64,000 nt of DNA from Geosiphon pyriformis uo1 (lineage: Eukaryota; Fungi; Glomeromycota): the NCBI GenBank assembly GCA_016748015.1, contig JAAOMT010000777.1, positions 442,246 through 506,245 of the forward strand, in the 5' to 3' direction. The notes below the pieces were generated by a model. It had not been told where the DNA came from and ran no database searches. It saw only the letters and a program-made list of their open reading frames with translations. A program made the position numbers and the translations under genes. Below, piece by piece: positions 24,632-38,896 of the stretch (positions are counted from its first letter, which is position 1; each line of letters begins with the position of its first letter).

Positions 24632-27600
24632 CTACACACTTATATGAACAAAAGCCATATTACCAACACCTGCATAAAACAAATAATGCTTATGATACCC
24701 AAAATTGACACCAAGTGCATTAGCAACACCCAACAACTTAGTCACCCCAGCCAAAAGCCATGTAGAAAAACCAGAAACAGCAACAGGAATAGAACCATCA
24801 TGTGGAATCAACTTATTCTTCTCCATAATGGCCTGGTGTTTCACACGGACCAGCCAGATACTATCACAAAATGCAAGACAAAACTCATGCACAAAATTCA
24901 TAATATTAATCACTGCCACCTTAGAATCTTTGTAAACAGAAACAGACTCGCAATATCAATCACTGAAAACAAAACTCTTACACAGGGCCATACTGACAGT
25001 CACATCTGAAATGCAAGTCAACAACAACTGTGATACACACAAAAAAGAACAAAACAGACCAGAACGCACCTCCCAGGCAGCTGCATAAGTGTTTAACAAA
25101 ACAGCACGATTATCAGTGTTAGAAGAGCAAAAAAAAACATAGTCTGAAATCTCAATCTCACCATAGAACAAACAAACTACACTGGGATAATCCCTATCAT
25201 ACAGACGCTTTCGCACAGCAACAGGAAAGTGATGATGAAAGGCTTTCATGAAATATGTATGAAAGCCAGCCATTTGAATACTAGTAAAACCAATCGTCAT
25301 ATAAAAATCCAGGTGCCACACCAGAGAAGACCTCAACCAGTTAATATCAACATGCAAACAACCTGGAACAACTCAGAAACCAAAACCAATCTCCCAATGC
25401 ACGCAATGAATTGACCTGAATATGCTACAAACAAAATGCCTCAAATTACCAGAAACCACATCAATACCAGTCTTCAAAAACCTCTCACTGACCAAGTGGG
25501 GCAGGTGCCAGGCAGAAAAAGCAGCATTCTTAGCCAGCGCATCAGCACGCTCATTGTCTGAAACACCCAAATGGCTCTTAACCTTAATCCAATTAACATC
25601 CAAATTTTTGTGACAAATGACATTGGTGATGTGACAATGCTCAATCCAACAACAATTCTTAAAATCAGGGCCAACCAATAAAGACTCCAACCTGCAAGCA
25701 TCTATAGCCATCTGGCTGTCCAAGAACAAGTCAACCAAACGAAAAGAAGGAACACACTTAAGAGCTAAAGCAATGGCCTACAACTCCACCAAAATAGAAG
25801 AAACCAAACCAGAAATCCCTACACCCAGACCTGAATCAATGTCCTCAAAGAAAACTGCCATATCAGCCAATATGTCAACAGTGCCCAAGTTACTCAGAGA
25901 TCTATCTGTGTACACAAAGAGGTGGGTGGCACCAACATTCAACAGATCATTACAAATAACACCAAAACCAAGAGACTGACGGATGTCAGAAGAGCCACAA
26001 ACACCCTCATAAAAAGAACGATCAGAAGGAGAAGCTACACCACCAAGAAAATGTACAGAGAGATCAAACCAGAAGGGGACTGGGCCACAGGGGTCCAGTC
26101 TTTTCCAATGCTTGAAAGTCTTCCAATCAAAAACAATGCCATTACGGTCACAAAGCTGTTCTACAAAAGCAATACCATAACACTTGAGGAAAGAGACACA
26201 TTTGAAGAAAATCATCTCACCAAGAACTAAAGACATAGAAGTACCACTCCGAAGACAAAAAGCACTGGCCAGAGAGCCCTCCAAAGACAAATCACACCCA
26301 GAAAAAATACAAACCACACTTGCTAAAAAGTTGTTTGAAGGGCTGACTCTAACATGAACTAGAAACAACAAAGGGTAATGAGAACGCCAGCTAAAAACCT
26401 GAAAATCATGAGCCTTATGAGAGAACAAGCGACCCAAAACACCAAACAAATTCGCAAAAGTAATGACAAAAGCCAACTTGCTTTCAGTCTGAATCTGCTC
26501 AAAAGTCTTTAAATTGTACAAAGAAGAATGATGAAGTGCATCATTGGGAAAGTCCAAAGGCAGCCCAAATTTAGACTTCAGGCCTTTGCAAATCAGAGTG
26601 TCTCATTTATTACACACACTAAGAGGAATATAACTGAACTGAGTTCTGTAGCTGACAATAAGAAAGAGAACTGAAAACACCAAATAAGCAAACTGTTTAT
26701 CTGAAACAACTTTCTTTAGAATGAGATTGGTGAAAAACCAAACATCCGAATGTGTCTTAACCAAGCTGGGCTTCGAAAGACCATTAGAAAATAAAAAAAT
26801 CTCTAGATAATAATGAGGTTCACTCCTTTTGGTGATGGAGATTGGCAAACCACAGATGGTCAAATAAGGAGCAGTGACTTGACAGTTGATGGGAATGGTC
26901 ACAGTCTTATCATTGTTTATCGAAATGTTATTTAAATAAAAGAAATCACTAGCAACATTGAGAATGTGTTGTGTAGCAGCCTGGCTGCTACCAACCCAGA
27001 TAATATCATCAATAAAAGCACTAGCGGCCAGAAATGATGTCAGCCCAGCCTAAGATTCTATCTGGCCAGTCTTAGAAATGAAATGAGAAATCAATCTGTA
27101 ACCACAAATGCTCTCCTGTCTCTTAACCTCACACAAGAGTGGGTCATAAAATATGTACCAAAGAAGTGGTGAAAAAACCTTTCCTTGATCCAATCTATCG
27201 TGAACCTGATATCCATCAGTCAAACCAAAATTCATTATCACTTTGTTTGTGCAACCATTATGAATATGACCAAAAAATCTGATAAATTTGTCACACATTT
27301 TGATCCTGATCAAACTCCTCTTGAGATGCTTCCAATCTACAGAATTATATGTTTTGCGCATATTTTGTAAAACCAGTCACAACTCTTGGTTTTTTTCCAA
27401 AGTATTTTTGATCACCAAACCAATAGCAAAGATAGGTGACTGTGTAGACATATCTTTTAGGACAGAGAAATTGTCCTTATGAAGAACATCAAAAGTGCTA
27501 CAAGCCAAAGAGATCTGGTCTAAAAAAATCTTAGAAAGAACTTTGCAAGCTGTCTCAATCAAAGCAATAGGGTGGATATTTGTAAAAATCTCCTTCCACT

Positions 27601-29315
27601 CGTAAGGTTTAGATCAAAACCCATGCTTCCTTCCAAGATCCAGGCACTGACTCACAATCCAAACAAAAATTCAAGAGCACCAAAAGCATATCCAATACTA
27701 ACTTGTCACAGCATTTCCAAAGTTCATTAGTGATACCAGAAAGACCAGCCGCTTTCCCATCAGGCAAATTTGAAATAACACCAAACATCTTATCAAAACC
27801 GATTGAATACATCACATTAGAGAAGGCACTATCAAAGACATAATCCAAAGGCTGAAATTGCCTTGTCCAGTCATCAGAGATATCAGAAGTCACTACATGC
27901 CTCCTGGTTCAACCCTCCATGATTTCATCCATCTTAGATTTAACCAACTCAGGCTCCAAGACCAACTCCTCATTATTCACCAAATGATCCAACACTACTT
28001 TATGAAAAAGACGCTCCAAAACACTCCTAATGATATGATCTTTATTCATTTCAAAACTTTCCATCCTCCTTTTAATAGCCTGCCTCATATAAGATTCCTC
28101 AGCATGCTTAGATTCCAACAACTTAGAAGAGTGGTAAGACTTCTTCGCCTTAGCCAGCTCAGAACAGATCGCATTAAAACTAGAGCCAGAAAGAAACAGA
28201 GATCTCACTGGTAAAGTGTCCACAGAATCAAGCCTGTACCAAGTATTCAACAACAAAGCAAAATCTCTGCCAGAAACCAACCAAGAAGCCTTCACCAGTT
28301 TAGACACTAGTAGCTCCAGCTTATGAAACCAGGAAAACACCTTATTAAAAACACAATTGAAACCCTTAAACCATTTTTTCTTGAATGTTCCACCAGCTGA
28401 AAGAACCATAATCTTATGAACAATGCTCTACATCACATCCAAATCAAAAAACTGCTTAGCTGCAACAAACTCATCCGAGAACATAATAGCATTAGCAGCC
28501 ATAGCATTCATGAACTCAGACCACTTAACCTCATTGGCATTTTTGATATCATACTTCCAACGATCTCTATTTGCTTGTTTGTGCAGTGAGTTTAACTGGA
28601 CATTGAGCAGGCCTCCCAATTCCACAGAAACAGACACAGCCTTGTAATTAGTATCAAAATAGTCTTCAATACCATCCACATCACAATCCATTACTGCACC
28701 AGCCAAATTAGAAGAAATGAGCATGTAGCTAATCGTTTTAGTGATGCCACAAGAATTGCACCAAGTGAGTGACTTCATGAAGGAGCTTCCCCCCAGAAAG
28801 TTAATCAAACCCAAATCGAAACATTTTTTGAAACTTGCATACTTGTAAGAATCATCCTCATTAAAATCACCACCAAGAATAACAAAGGAGGACTCATTCA
28901 CAGTCTTAACAATAAGAGAGTTAATTTTACCAGCCTGAGAAAACCGAACTGCTGAAGATGCACCAGCATACAGCCCCAGAATAGACACAGAGAGTTTGTT
29001 CTTAAAAAGCAATCTAACCAACAGAAGCTGACCAGGCACCTCTGAAACTTTACACACATGTTTCGCCAAAGAAGAGTCCAAAATAATTACAACACCAGAT
29101 CCCATGTGACCAGAATCCAGTTTAGAAGTAAAAATACAAACACCATCAAACTTATCAGCAATTTAAAGACAAATTTTTTCCTTCAACTTTGTTTCAGTGA
29201 CAATAAAAACCAAATTGTTCATATCTTTATGTCAATAAACAATGTCTGCCTGCTTTGTACAAATGTTTATATCTCTGACATTGCACATGGCAATCTTCCA
29301 AATTAAGTGAGTCAT
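24632..29315 (-). pseudogene. LINE ORF2: AP endonuclease, RT, RNase H and C-terminal Cys/His motif
   Basis: WKIAxCNVR, ETKLK, LGGDFNE, (D)MRKTYNSVDW, LDQGxVFSPLLW, SAFIDD, VYTD(G)SL, WIKVKSHLGVSDNERADALAK and CLFxGEIEISDxVFFC. One frameshift near 27600. Confidence 0.93.
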
Positions 29316-31255
29316 TGAGATGACATGGGAGCTGACAGACCCAAACCAGAGCACAGAAGATTTAACTTATCCAAAACTGAACCAACTGAAGCCTCCAATG
29401 CGACCAATTTTATTTTCAAACCATGCACTTTGACAGTAAGAACCTTGGAACTACTAGCATTGAGATCGACAACAGCATCAATAGTGATGGGAGGAGTAAT
29501 ATCAGAAGAACTCAAAGCATTGTCCACAATCATATCTGAATCTACTTCAGAACTCAAAGCTGCAGAAACAGCAGGAGGGAGGGCCAGAGAAGAAGGAACC
29601 AAAGAAACCACACCAAAGGAATCCAACCTGACCAGAATGCCAGAAACACAGTTAGCCAGAAGCTCCAAAGAGTGTTCCAAAACTGCCAAATGATTATTTA
29701 AATGGGAAACAACAAGATGATTAGAGACCGCTAAAGGAGGAACCAAACCAGAATACAAACCAGAACCAGGAAAACCAGAAGGAGACACACAGAAAGAGGT
29801 GCCACTAGCAACTTGGGTCCATGTTTTGCCACCAAACAAAACTGGGCAAGCAATAGGAGCCGACTTCTTCTTATATATATTAGCCAGACAAACCTAATTC
29901 TGATCAGAAACCACCCTTTTTTCACGAACACCAGAACTTCCACCCACAAGACAGTTAATAGTGATATGACCAAACTGTTCACACTTAATACAGCTAGCCA
30001 AAACAAAACTAGCCCAATGCAAACTAACACCTTTGAAAATTAGAATAGTACTAACAGCAGCCAATCTGACATCCTCATTCTCAAAACAAATAATTGCACA
30101 CTGATTATGGACATATAAACCAGGATTGCAGCCAATAAAACAAGTTCTTCTACCATATAATACCAACAATTCTGACAGATCATAGGCTGAAGTACCAACT
30201 GAAAGAGTATAGAGCAAAGCCCAATGATGATCTCTTGACGCCCATGTTTGTTTATTATTGACAGTCAGTGCCACATGAACTAAATCCTTTCCCATAAGAA
30301 CAGACCACTTAGAAGCAGCCAAACTGGCAACTTCTGATGACTCAAATTCAATCAGGGCCTTTTACCAAAGACCAATTAATTGCATCTTGATGGAAACAAT
30401 CTTGCCAAATTTAGAAAAAACAGATTCCACAGCCAACTTTAGAAGATCAACTGAGATCTCCTTAACAATCACTTCCTGATTCAAATGAATGTTTGCTTTT
30501 TTAAGATCACTATTGACAACAATTTTTTCACAGACTGCCATTTTCCTGGCCTTAATCAAACTAGACTCATTTGTGAAAGTTGAATGAATAACACCAGGAA
30601 ATTTTGAGGAAGTTGAAGCTCCCCCAAAACCATCAATTTTGTAAAATATTTTTTTGATTGAAATGAGCTTATTACTATTAGTCCTGCCAGGAACAGCTGA
30701 CAAATTCACATCCAGAGCAAATGATTTTACTGGCCTGAAACTACGACTCTCTAGAACATGTAATTTAGAAGAGGGCAGCTGATTGGACCCACTGATTTTA
30801 GGAGATAGCAACACGGAATCATCGTTGTTATTATTCATAGTAGCAAATAGAGATGCCTTAAGAGATTGTTCCAACACATATGTCCAAGTACGAGTTTTTC
30901 ATGGCATAGTCTTATTTATTTCATTGTCTTCACCTGAATCAACATAGCTTGTCTTCTCGGCAATCATGTTTCCCAAATTCTCAACATCTGAAAGACCACT
31001 TACACTACCAGAAATATTACCCACTCTGCTTCCCCAGGATGCAACTGGCTTACCATTGTCACCACCCAAATCTTCTAAATGTAGAGGATCAGCAGACAAC
31101 TCAACCAAAACGCCAGCTACAGACTTCTTAGGCTTCTTGTAGGATGCACCACGAGAATAGACTGTATTAACACACTTGTTTTTAGCACTCTGGCAGGTCC
31201 CCAAACCAGCCAAACCCAAACTAGAACCACTAGCAGATGAGCCCACCAGTTCTAT
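29312..31255 (-). pseudogene. LINE ORF1 (~647 codons) with CCHC knuckle
   Basis: Single frame interrupted only by stops, with CIKCEQFGHITINC and an RRM-like VFSKFGKIVSIKM. The start is inferred as ATG>ATA. Confidence 0.85.
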
Positions 31256-31459
31256 CACAACAAATAAAAGTAAGTTAGAAGAAATAGTTAACAAAAATTG
31301 AAAGGAAAAGGAAAAGGAAAAGCGATTTCTTCAAAATTATCTTTTGCTCTCATTGTGGTCAGGAGATCAACAAGAGAAAAAAGTTTTTTAATTTTTTTTG
31401 CTAATTTTAAACTTTTTTAATTTATATTTTGTTGAATTAAAATAGAGTTTTATTAATAT

Positions 31460-31620
31460 TATTAGATAAAATTTAAATTATTAAATATTATTTAATAAAT
31501 AATCTGATTTATATAATATACAGATATAATTAATATATAATAATTAAATCATATAATATTTTAAATTATATAATATTTAAAAATTTATTAAAATATGTAG
31601 AAATTTATTAAATTTTTGTC
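31460..31620 (+). repeat. Decayed fragment of a family-B-type LTR
   Basis: AT-shifted match to 38010-38165. Confidence 0.5.
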
Positions 31621-32189
31621 CAAGTTTATAAATGATTTTAAATTTTTAAATTTTTTTATTAATATTAAATTATATACTAAAACTTTTATATTATTAATTT
31701 TTCTTATTATTATACTTTTGGCTATTTTTGTTATTATTACTGTTAATTTTATAATTAATTTTAAGTTGAATTTTTTAAAATCTTAAATATTTAATTTGGC
31801 TGTATTAATTAAATTTATTATTAAACTAATTAATTTTTTGGTTATTTTAGTTACTTTTATTTAACCAAAAATATATGTAAAAAGTTTAAAATAGTAAAAA
31901 TTTAATTATTATAGAATATATTATAAAAAAATTTATTAATTTTTTGGTTAATTTGTCTAAAAACTTTGTTAATTTTAAAATTAAGTATTATTAAAACATT
32001 TTTTAAATAATTAAATTATTAAATATTTAATAATATTATAACAAATAAATAATCTTAATATTAAAAATAATATAAAAAAAATTAAATTGTTTTTAAGTAA
32101 ATTTGTTTTTAATAATTAAAATTTAAATAGTTTTATTAATAAACTTAATAAATTAGATTTATTTTTAGCTTTGTTAATATTTTAATTAA

Positions 32190-33862
32190 TTTAAGTAGTT
32201 GGTTACATATAAAAAACATATCCTTTTTGTTGTTTGCTAATGTTAAGATGCTTTGGTTAGAAAAAATTTTAAGTCTAAAGCTGAGCCGCCATGTAATTTT
32301 CCAAGCAAAGTACTATATTATCCTGTATTATATGGTCTAAAAAAATTTGAGCAAATTTAGACTGAGGGAAAGTTAGCATCAGTTGTCATTTTTGCTAATG
32401 CTTCTGAGATTCTTGGTCAGCTTTTTGAGCACAAATTTCTGGATTTGCAAGTTTTGGGCTGGGCTTCTTTAAACCCTTTACAATATTCTGTATGGTTGCA
32501 TATTAATTCTTTAAACAATTTTTTGGCTGGGATTGTGCATGTTTTTTTAGACAATAGTCTTTCTATAACTAACAATCTGCCTTGTGCTTTTTGCTGTCCT
32601 GGCAGATTTCTTATTTCAAAAGTCTTGGAACTGTCATTGTATTATGATCATATTAGTTCTTTAAAGAGTTTTGGTGTGACTTTCTGTAACAGACTTTTAG
32701 ACAAATGTGGCAAAGTTTTGGATTAGAAAACATTTTGACATTAGAAGAGATTGGATCCTAGGAGATCTGTGTCCTTTTGGTTTATTATGGTGTCAAAATT
32801 TTTGCATGATGCTGTGCTTACACTTGTGTCTCTTAACAGAGACTCTATGTTGGATGTTGATAGTGTGTTGTTATTTGGTCAGTTTTCTGATATTAAAGAT
32901 AGTTTTCTTGAAATCTGGTTAAATACTTTTACTGTATATATAGATAGTTTCTTAAAAAGGCTTGGTTTTGTTAATGTGGCTGGGGGTGCTGCTATATTTT
33001 TTCTCAAAATTGATTTGGGTATTGGAATTCGGGTAGTTGGGTGTTTGTTTTCTATAATGACTGAATTACAGGTTGTTGCTTTGGCTCTGGAATGTGTGTC
33101 CTCTTCTTGTTTAGTGATAGTATATTTAGACAGTTAGGCCACTTTGGATGCATGTGTCTCAGAATTGGTGTTGTCTGGTTCTGATTTTTGTAATTGTTGT
33201 TGGATAGAAAGAAAACATATTGCAAATTTGATTATTAATAAGGACATTTCTGTAGTCTGGTCAAAGATCAAAGACCACTTGGGGGTTTTGAATAATGTCT
33301 ATACAAATGCTTTGATGAGAGAAGCTGCTTACTCATCTTTGCTATTGCCAACTAATGCATATAAATACTTTATTGTGGCTAATAGTCTGCTGGTTTTTGG
33401 TAATGTTTATTATTTTATTTGGAACATTTTTAGGTCAGTAAATCGGGTGCATTGGGAAATTAGTCTTGGTTCTAAAGTTTTAGGTGGTTTTTTAGTTCAT
33501 AATATTAATTGAATCCATACTGTGACTGTTTGGCATCCTGATTTACATATGCTGTTAGAGTCTATGAGCAGAGCTTTTACTGGCTTGTGCACTTATTTTA
33601 TGAAGGCTGTCTATGAAAAACTGTCTGTTGCTGTTAGGAAAAGGCTTTATAACAAACATTATCCTGATGTTTTATGTTTGTATTATAGTAAAGTTGAGTT
33701 TTTTAATCATGTGTTCATGTGCTGCAAAGAGTTTAACTCTCACAAAGCAATTTTGTTTGAGTGTATTTTTTGTTGGAAATCTCTGGCTAGTTTTCATTTT
33801 CTTGCTTCTTTTGTGGTTATGGAATTCTTTCTCTCATGTTTATCTGATATTGGTCTGTATAT
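32190..33862 (+). pseudogene. 3' part of a second LINE ORF2 (post-RT, RNase H, Cys motif), cut by an LTR
   Basis: LKKFEQI, VYIDSFL, ELQVVALALECV, WSKIKDHLGVLNN and VAVRKRLYNK match the LINE at 25-26.6 kb. Confidence 0.88.
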
Positions 33863-34739
33863 TGTTATAAATAATTATTTGGGGTCTTAAGTCAAATAAC
33901 AAACTCATAACTTGGTGCTCAGAAGCTATTTGCAGTGATAGTAATTTGAAAGTATGGTTATCTGAAGGTTTTGGATTGAGTCTTTTGTATAATAAACAGA
34001 GATTTGATAGTTGTTTATCCATAGCTTCCCAGAATTGCAATTCTGTTAATTTTTTTCTTTAGCTTGATAGCTGGTACTCTTCTGATAAGTAATTTATAAT
34101 TTCTTTATATGCTCTACCCACTTGTAGGAGTTTTTTACCAGGCAATTTTTGATGTTAATAATTCAACACTTAATCTTCAATCAATTAGTAAATTCAAAGA
34201 AATAACAAGAAAAATAAAAAAAAATGAAAAAAATAAAAGAAATAAGCCAAGGCAATTTGTATGTTAGTATCCCATCAATAGCCATGATCAAGAGCTATTG
34301 TTCCAGTGGTGTTAAGTATCAATTACTATCAACATAAAGTGTTAATAGTGAGAGTGGATTAAGATAGTGAAATAATTATTTATTTGATATTGGTGAAGTG
34401 GAAGGTTGTTTTAGATCAAATCCAAACTGCAAAGTCTCTAACTAAAAGATTCTGCCTTTTCTACTTCTAACACTACTGCTATATATACATAATTGAGATT
34501 CCTTAATTTCTCAATTTCTCAATTCTTCACACCAAGAATCTTGGAATTCCTGGAATTCTGCAATTTCTTTGAAAAAAATCCTGGAATTCTGGAATCCTGT
34601 GATTTTTTGTATGAGAATTCTGAAATTCCTGGAATCCTGCAATTCTTTTGAGAGGAATTCTGGAATTCTACATTTACTATGGTTATTTCTGATTGGCTAA
34701 TTTATATGCTAATATACTTCCTATATTCTATGAATAACA
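33863..34739 (-). repeat. 3' LTR of family C host element
   Basis: TGTTA..TAACA termini, a decayed PPT adjacent at 34740-34755, and a match to 57093-57700. Confidence 0.92.
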
Positions 34740-34753
34740 TTATTCCTTTTTTT

Positions 34754-35412
34754 TTAATATTGAGCTCCATCAAGATCTTCTAATTCTAATTCTCCATCTT
34801 TGAGTATTTCTTGAATTTTTTTTTTAAGAATTACTTGTGCTATCTTGTTCTGTAATTTTTCAAATTGAGCATTAATTATTTTTCCCATTTGGTTAATGAT
34901 AATGAAATTCATTTCTGGATTGAGTAAAATTTCTGGTCGATCTTGGAATCTAGTGTGTAGCTAATAAATAGCTTTTGCTTGTGTGGTCAAATTGTTCTTC
35001 TCCACAAATTGTTCTAATTGTTGTAGTATTGCTGTGTCAAATAATCATTTCATTTTATCTGTGTACAAGCTCTGAATGTTCAAGTGTTGTTCCAAATGAA
35101 AGTAACAAAAATTTTTTGGAAATTGTTGTATCCACCAATTCCAAGTTTCTATAATTAACTCTTGATATTGGATGACTTTTAATTGTGTTTCTATTGCCAA
35201 TTTTACTTTTGTGATTATTTTGTCCACAGTGTTTTCTGTATTTCTTCTTATTTTATCTTATGGTCTTTTTTTGGTGTTTATGTATTTGATAGTTTGTTGG
35301 TTGATTGTAATTTCCATTTCTTGTTGTTGGATTAGTTGAAAAAGTTGTTGTGCTAGTGAATGAATGCTGTTAGTAATCTCTATTTTCTGTTGTCTTTTGT
35401 CACATATACTAT
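34754..35412 (-). pseudogene. Accessory ORF3 of family C host element
   Basis: Homologous to 54511-55170 (DKIITKVKLAI..QQFPKNFCYF..DGAQY*). Confidence 0.75.
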
Positions 35413-36502
35413 GTCTTTATATATTCTTTTGGTTATTTAATTTTACATGTTTGGTTTAATAATTATAATTGGTTCTAGATCTAATGAAATCTTATCTGGT
35501 TTGACTAGTATTCTCTGTACTCCTAATTGTGAAATATTACTGGTAGATAATAATGCTAGCTGGTAATATTGTTTTAGTTGATTACTATGTGCTGCTTTGG
35601 TTAAGATTTTGTTATTTAATCTTAATTTATAAGCTCTATTTCCAAGAATTTCTTCTATGTAAAATAGTCCATCCCATTTGGAGTCAAATTTTCCACTCTA
35701 TTGTTTTTCTACTTTAGTATGATGTTGTTACTCATAAAATATAAGAAGTATATTAGCATATAAATTAGCCAATTAGAAGTAGTCATAGTAAATGTGGAAT
35801 TCCAGGATTTTTCTTAAGAGGAATTGCAGGATTCCAGGAATCTCAAGATTCTTGTATAAGGAATCATAGAATTTCAGAATTCCAAGATTCTTCTCAAAAG
35901 AAATTACAGGATTTTAGGAATTCCAGGATTCCTGGTGTGAAGAATTGAGGAATTGAGAAATTTCAAATACATATATATAGCAGTAGTATTAGAAGTTAGA
36001 AAATCAGTCAATAGGACTCAAAATCAATTGATACTTAAAAACACTGGAACAATAGCTCTTGATTATGGCTATTGACAAGATACTAACTTGCAATTACTTT
36101 TGTTTATTTTTTTACTTTTTTCTTTATTGTTTTTATTTTCTTTATTGTTTTGATTTTATTGTTGTGTACTAATTAATTGAGAATTAAAGCACTAAATTAT
36201 TGACGTCACAGATAGCCTGGTAAAAGACTCAGAGATAAGAGTAAGAATATATATATTAATGAATAGCTTACCAGAAGAGCACAACTGCCAGATTAAACCA
36301 GCCATTATGCTGAAAACAGAAATTGGGAAAACAACTTACCAACTACATTATTATCAAATCTCTGTTTATTATACAAAAAACTCAACTCTAAAATTTTCAA
36401 ATACAACCAATGTATCAATATTACCAGCATTATCAAGATATTAAGTACCAAGTTATGAATTTGTTATTTAATTTGAAATCCCAAATAATCATCTATAACA
36501 TT

Positions 36503-36518
36503 TGGTGCTCCCTGTGAG
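36503..36518 (+). promoter_or_regulatory. Primer-binding site TGGTGCTCCCTGTGAG (probably elongator tRNA-Met)
   Basis: Lies 2 nt after the LTR. Variants occur at 46786-46802 and 57075-57090. Confidence 0.8.
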
Positions 36519-37917
36519 ATATAATCCAACAGAGAATCAGCACCAGCAACAACCATGTAAAAAAGTGACAGACCAAGAGAAAACAAGAGAAAATTACTTA
36601 GGATTTGCAAAATCTTTATTTTATCATTATCTTTGAAAAACTCGTTATATTGAAACTCCTATCATTCAAAACCTGATTATTAAAACCCCAAACATTCATT
36701 AAATTAAAACTTTATTTATTTGAAACCTGATAATTCCAACCCTACTATCGTATAAAAAAACTTACCTTTGATAAAACTCGTTAAAACTCTGACCCAATAG
36801 TTCAAAACCCAAACATTTGAAACCCAATAATTTTAATCTCACTATTACACAAAAGAACTTACCATTAATAAAACTTGTTAAATCTTTAGCAATTCAAACT
36901 TCAGGAATTATTCAAAAACCTGAACATTCAAAGTTCGATAAATTCCAAACACCACTATTGAACAAGGAAACTTACCTCAAATAAAACCTATTAAATCTCT
37001 AGAAATTCAAAACTCTGATTATTTAAAGATCTGATGAAAAAATTCTAGAAAAACTACTCAGATTCATACTTATCTGTACAAAAACTGTCTTTTTCCATGC
37101 CAAAAGTCAGTGTTGGGAAAGTGTCAATACAAAAAAGACTTGGAGAAGAAAAAGGAATTTGAGAATCAGCAATACCAAAATCGATCAACAAATCATCAAA
37201 ACTCACTTAACAGTCCCAAGTTACAATCCACTTTCATGCATCATATATTCGAACTCCAAGAAAGACGAGCCAATCAGCAAGAATTGGAATCAGAACTTAA
37301 TCCCAATTTAAACTTTGCTAATAACAACAACAATTCAAACTCCGCTAAATGACAATGACAATTTAAACTCTGCCAACAATAATTCAAACTCTGTTTCAAA
37401 CACCAAACAATATATTATGCTTTTAGATCTTACAATAGAGCAGGAATTAATTAAATTTAGTGATAATAATAAGAGCATTATGTTTAAACATGCACATAAT
37501 ACAGATGCAAGATTTGAATGTGAATATTCTGGACAAATCACTATAGTTAAAAACTCCAGTCACATATAAAATTAGATATAAAAATAGCAATAAAAATTAC
37601 AGCAACAACATTGATACAAAAGAGAAATTTAGAAGATTTCACAGAAGCTCAATATTAAAGGAGGGAATAATATTACTCATAAAATATAAGAAGTATATTA
37701 GCATATAAATTAGCCAATTAGAAGTAGCTGTAGTAAATGTAGAATTCCAGGATTCCTTTTAAGAGGAATTGCAGGATTCCAGAAATTTCAAGATTCTTGT
37801 ATAAGGAATTATAGAATTCCAGAATTTTAGAATTCTTCTCAAAAGGAATTACAGAATTCCAGGAATTCTAGGATTTCTGGTGTGAAAAATTAAGAAATTG
37901 AGAAATTTCAAATATGT

Positions 37918-38896
37918 TGTTACCAGATGAAATTAGAGATATTATTTAGCATGAAATTATCTTATAAATCCTATCATTAATTAGCATATTATCATTTCAA
38001 ATTATCACTTATTACATTAGCAAAATGTCCAAAATTATCATTTAATTAATAACCCAATTTGTACACAACACAAATGTAACCTAATTGCAATAATCAAATC
38101 ATGTAATACCCTGAACTATGTAACATTCAAAAGTTTGCCGAAATTTGTAGAAATTCACCAAAATAATTGATAGTTTACCGAAATATCTAATAGTTTGCAG
38201 AAATAACTTGTAGTTCGCCAAAATGTATCTTTAGTTCAGCGAAATTATAGAAAATACCAAAGTTTAAGTTCATAGAATAGTGTTATAACAAGTTGTATAA
38301 AAGAAGAGCTTCTCTCTTTGAGAAAATGTATCTTATTTTAGATTTATCTCTTAAAACCATTCCTACACACACAAAAAGAAATAAATATCAAATAATTCAA
38401 AAAAACCAAATTCTTTAATTATTGTACTTGGAAAATCCCCAAAACCCAACTAACATTTCGAAATTGATTAGCTACCAATTTCAGTAAACTGTTAGTGACT
38501 CCAGGCCTGGATAGAAAACGTTTCTCTTGACAAAAATTCTATTTCTTTTACATTTCTTTTATTTTTCTTTTATTTTCTTATTACAATCATTAGAGTAGCC
38601 TACAGACAAGATTCCTGTAGAAGAGTTGACTTTCACAGCAAAGTAACTATACATTTTAGTAAGCTTCCAGATGAGCAATTTCTGGAAAAGAGTTGACATT
38701 TACTACAACGTAATTACATAAAGTAACTGGTAAGAAATTGGCCATTCTACTTATAAGCCCAGCAGTTCAAATTATAGGAGATAATTTGAAGTTAAAATTC
38801 AGTTACTGGAGGTTCAACCACATCCAAAAAACGTGAATTTACAGCAAACAAGTATCAACAACATTACAGAAAAGAGACCAAAAACCTCCAGTAACA
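37918..38896 (+). repeat. Solo LTR of a family-B-related element inserted in a family C LTR
   Basis: TGTTACC..GTAACA termini, TSD ATGT (37914-37917 and 38897-38900), and reverse-complement similarity to 5412-6430. Confidence 0.94.

Larger units (their letters stand above)
24493..31385 (-). mobile_element. Near full-length non-LTR retrotransposon (LINE) with RNase H
   Basis: Poly(A) tail (T run 24493-24506), ORF1 and ORF2, and higher GC than the flanks. The 5' boundary is approximate. Confidence 0.93.

Noticed and set aside
36503-36518. tRNA gene
   Set aside because: Only a 16-nt complement of a tRNA 3' end (a PBS); no cloverleaf.
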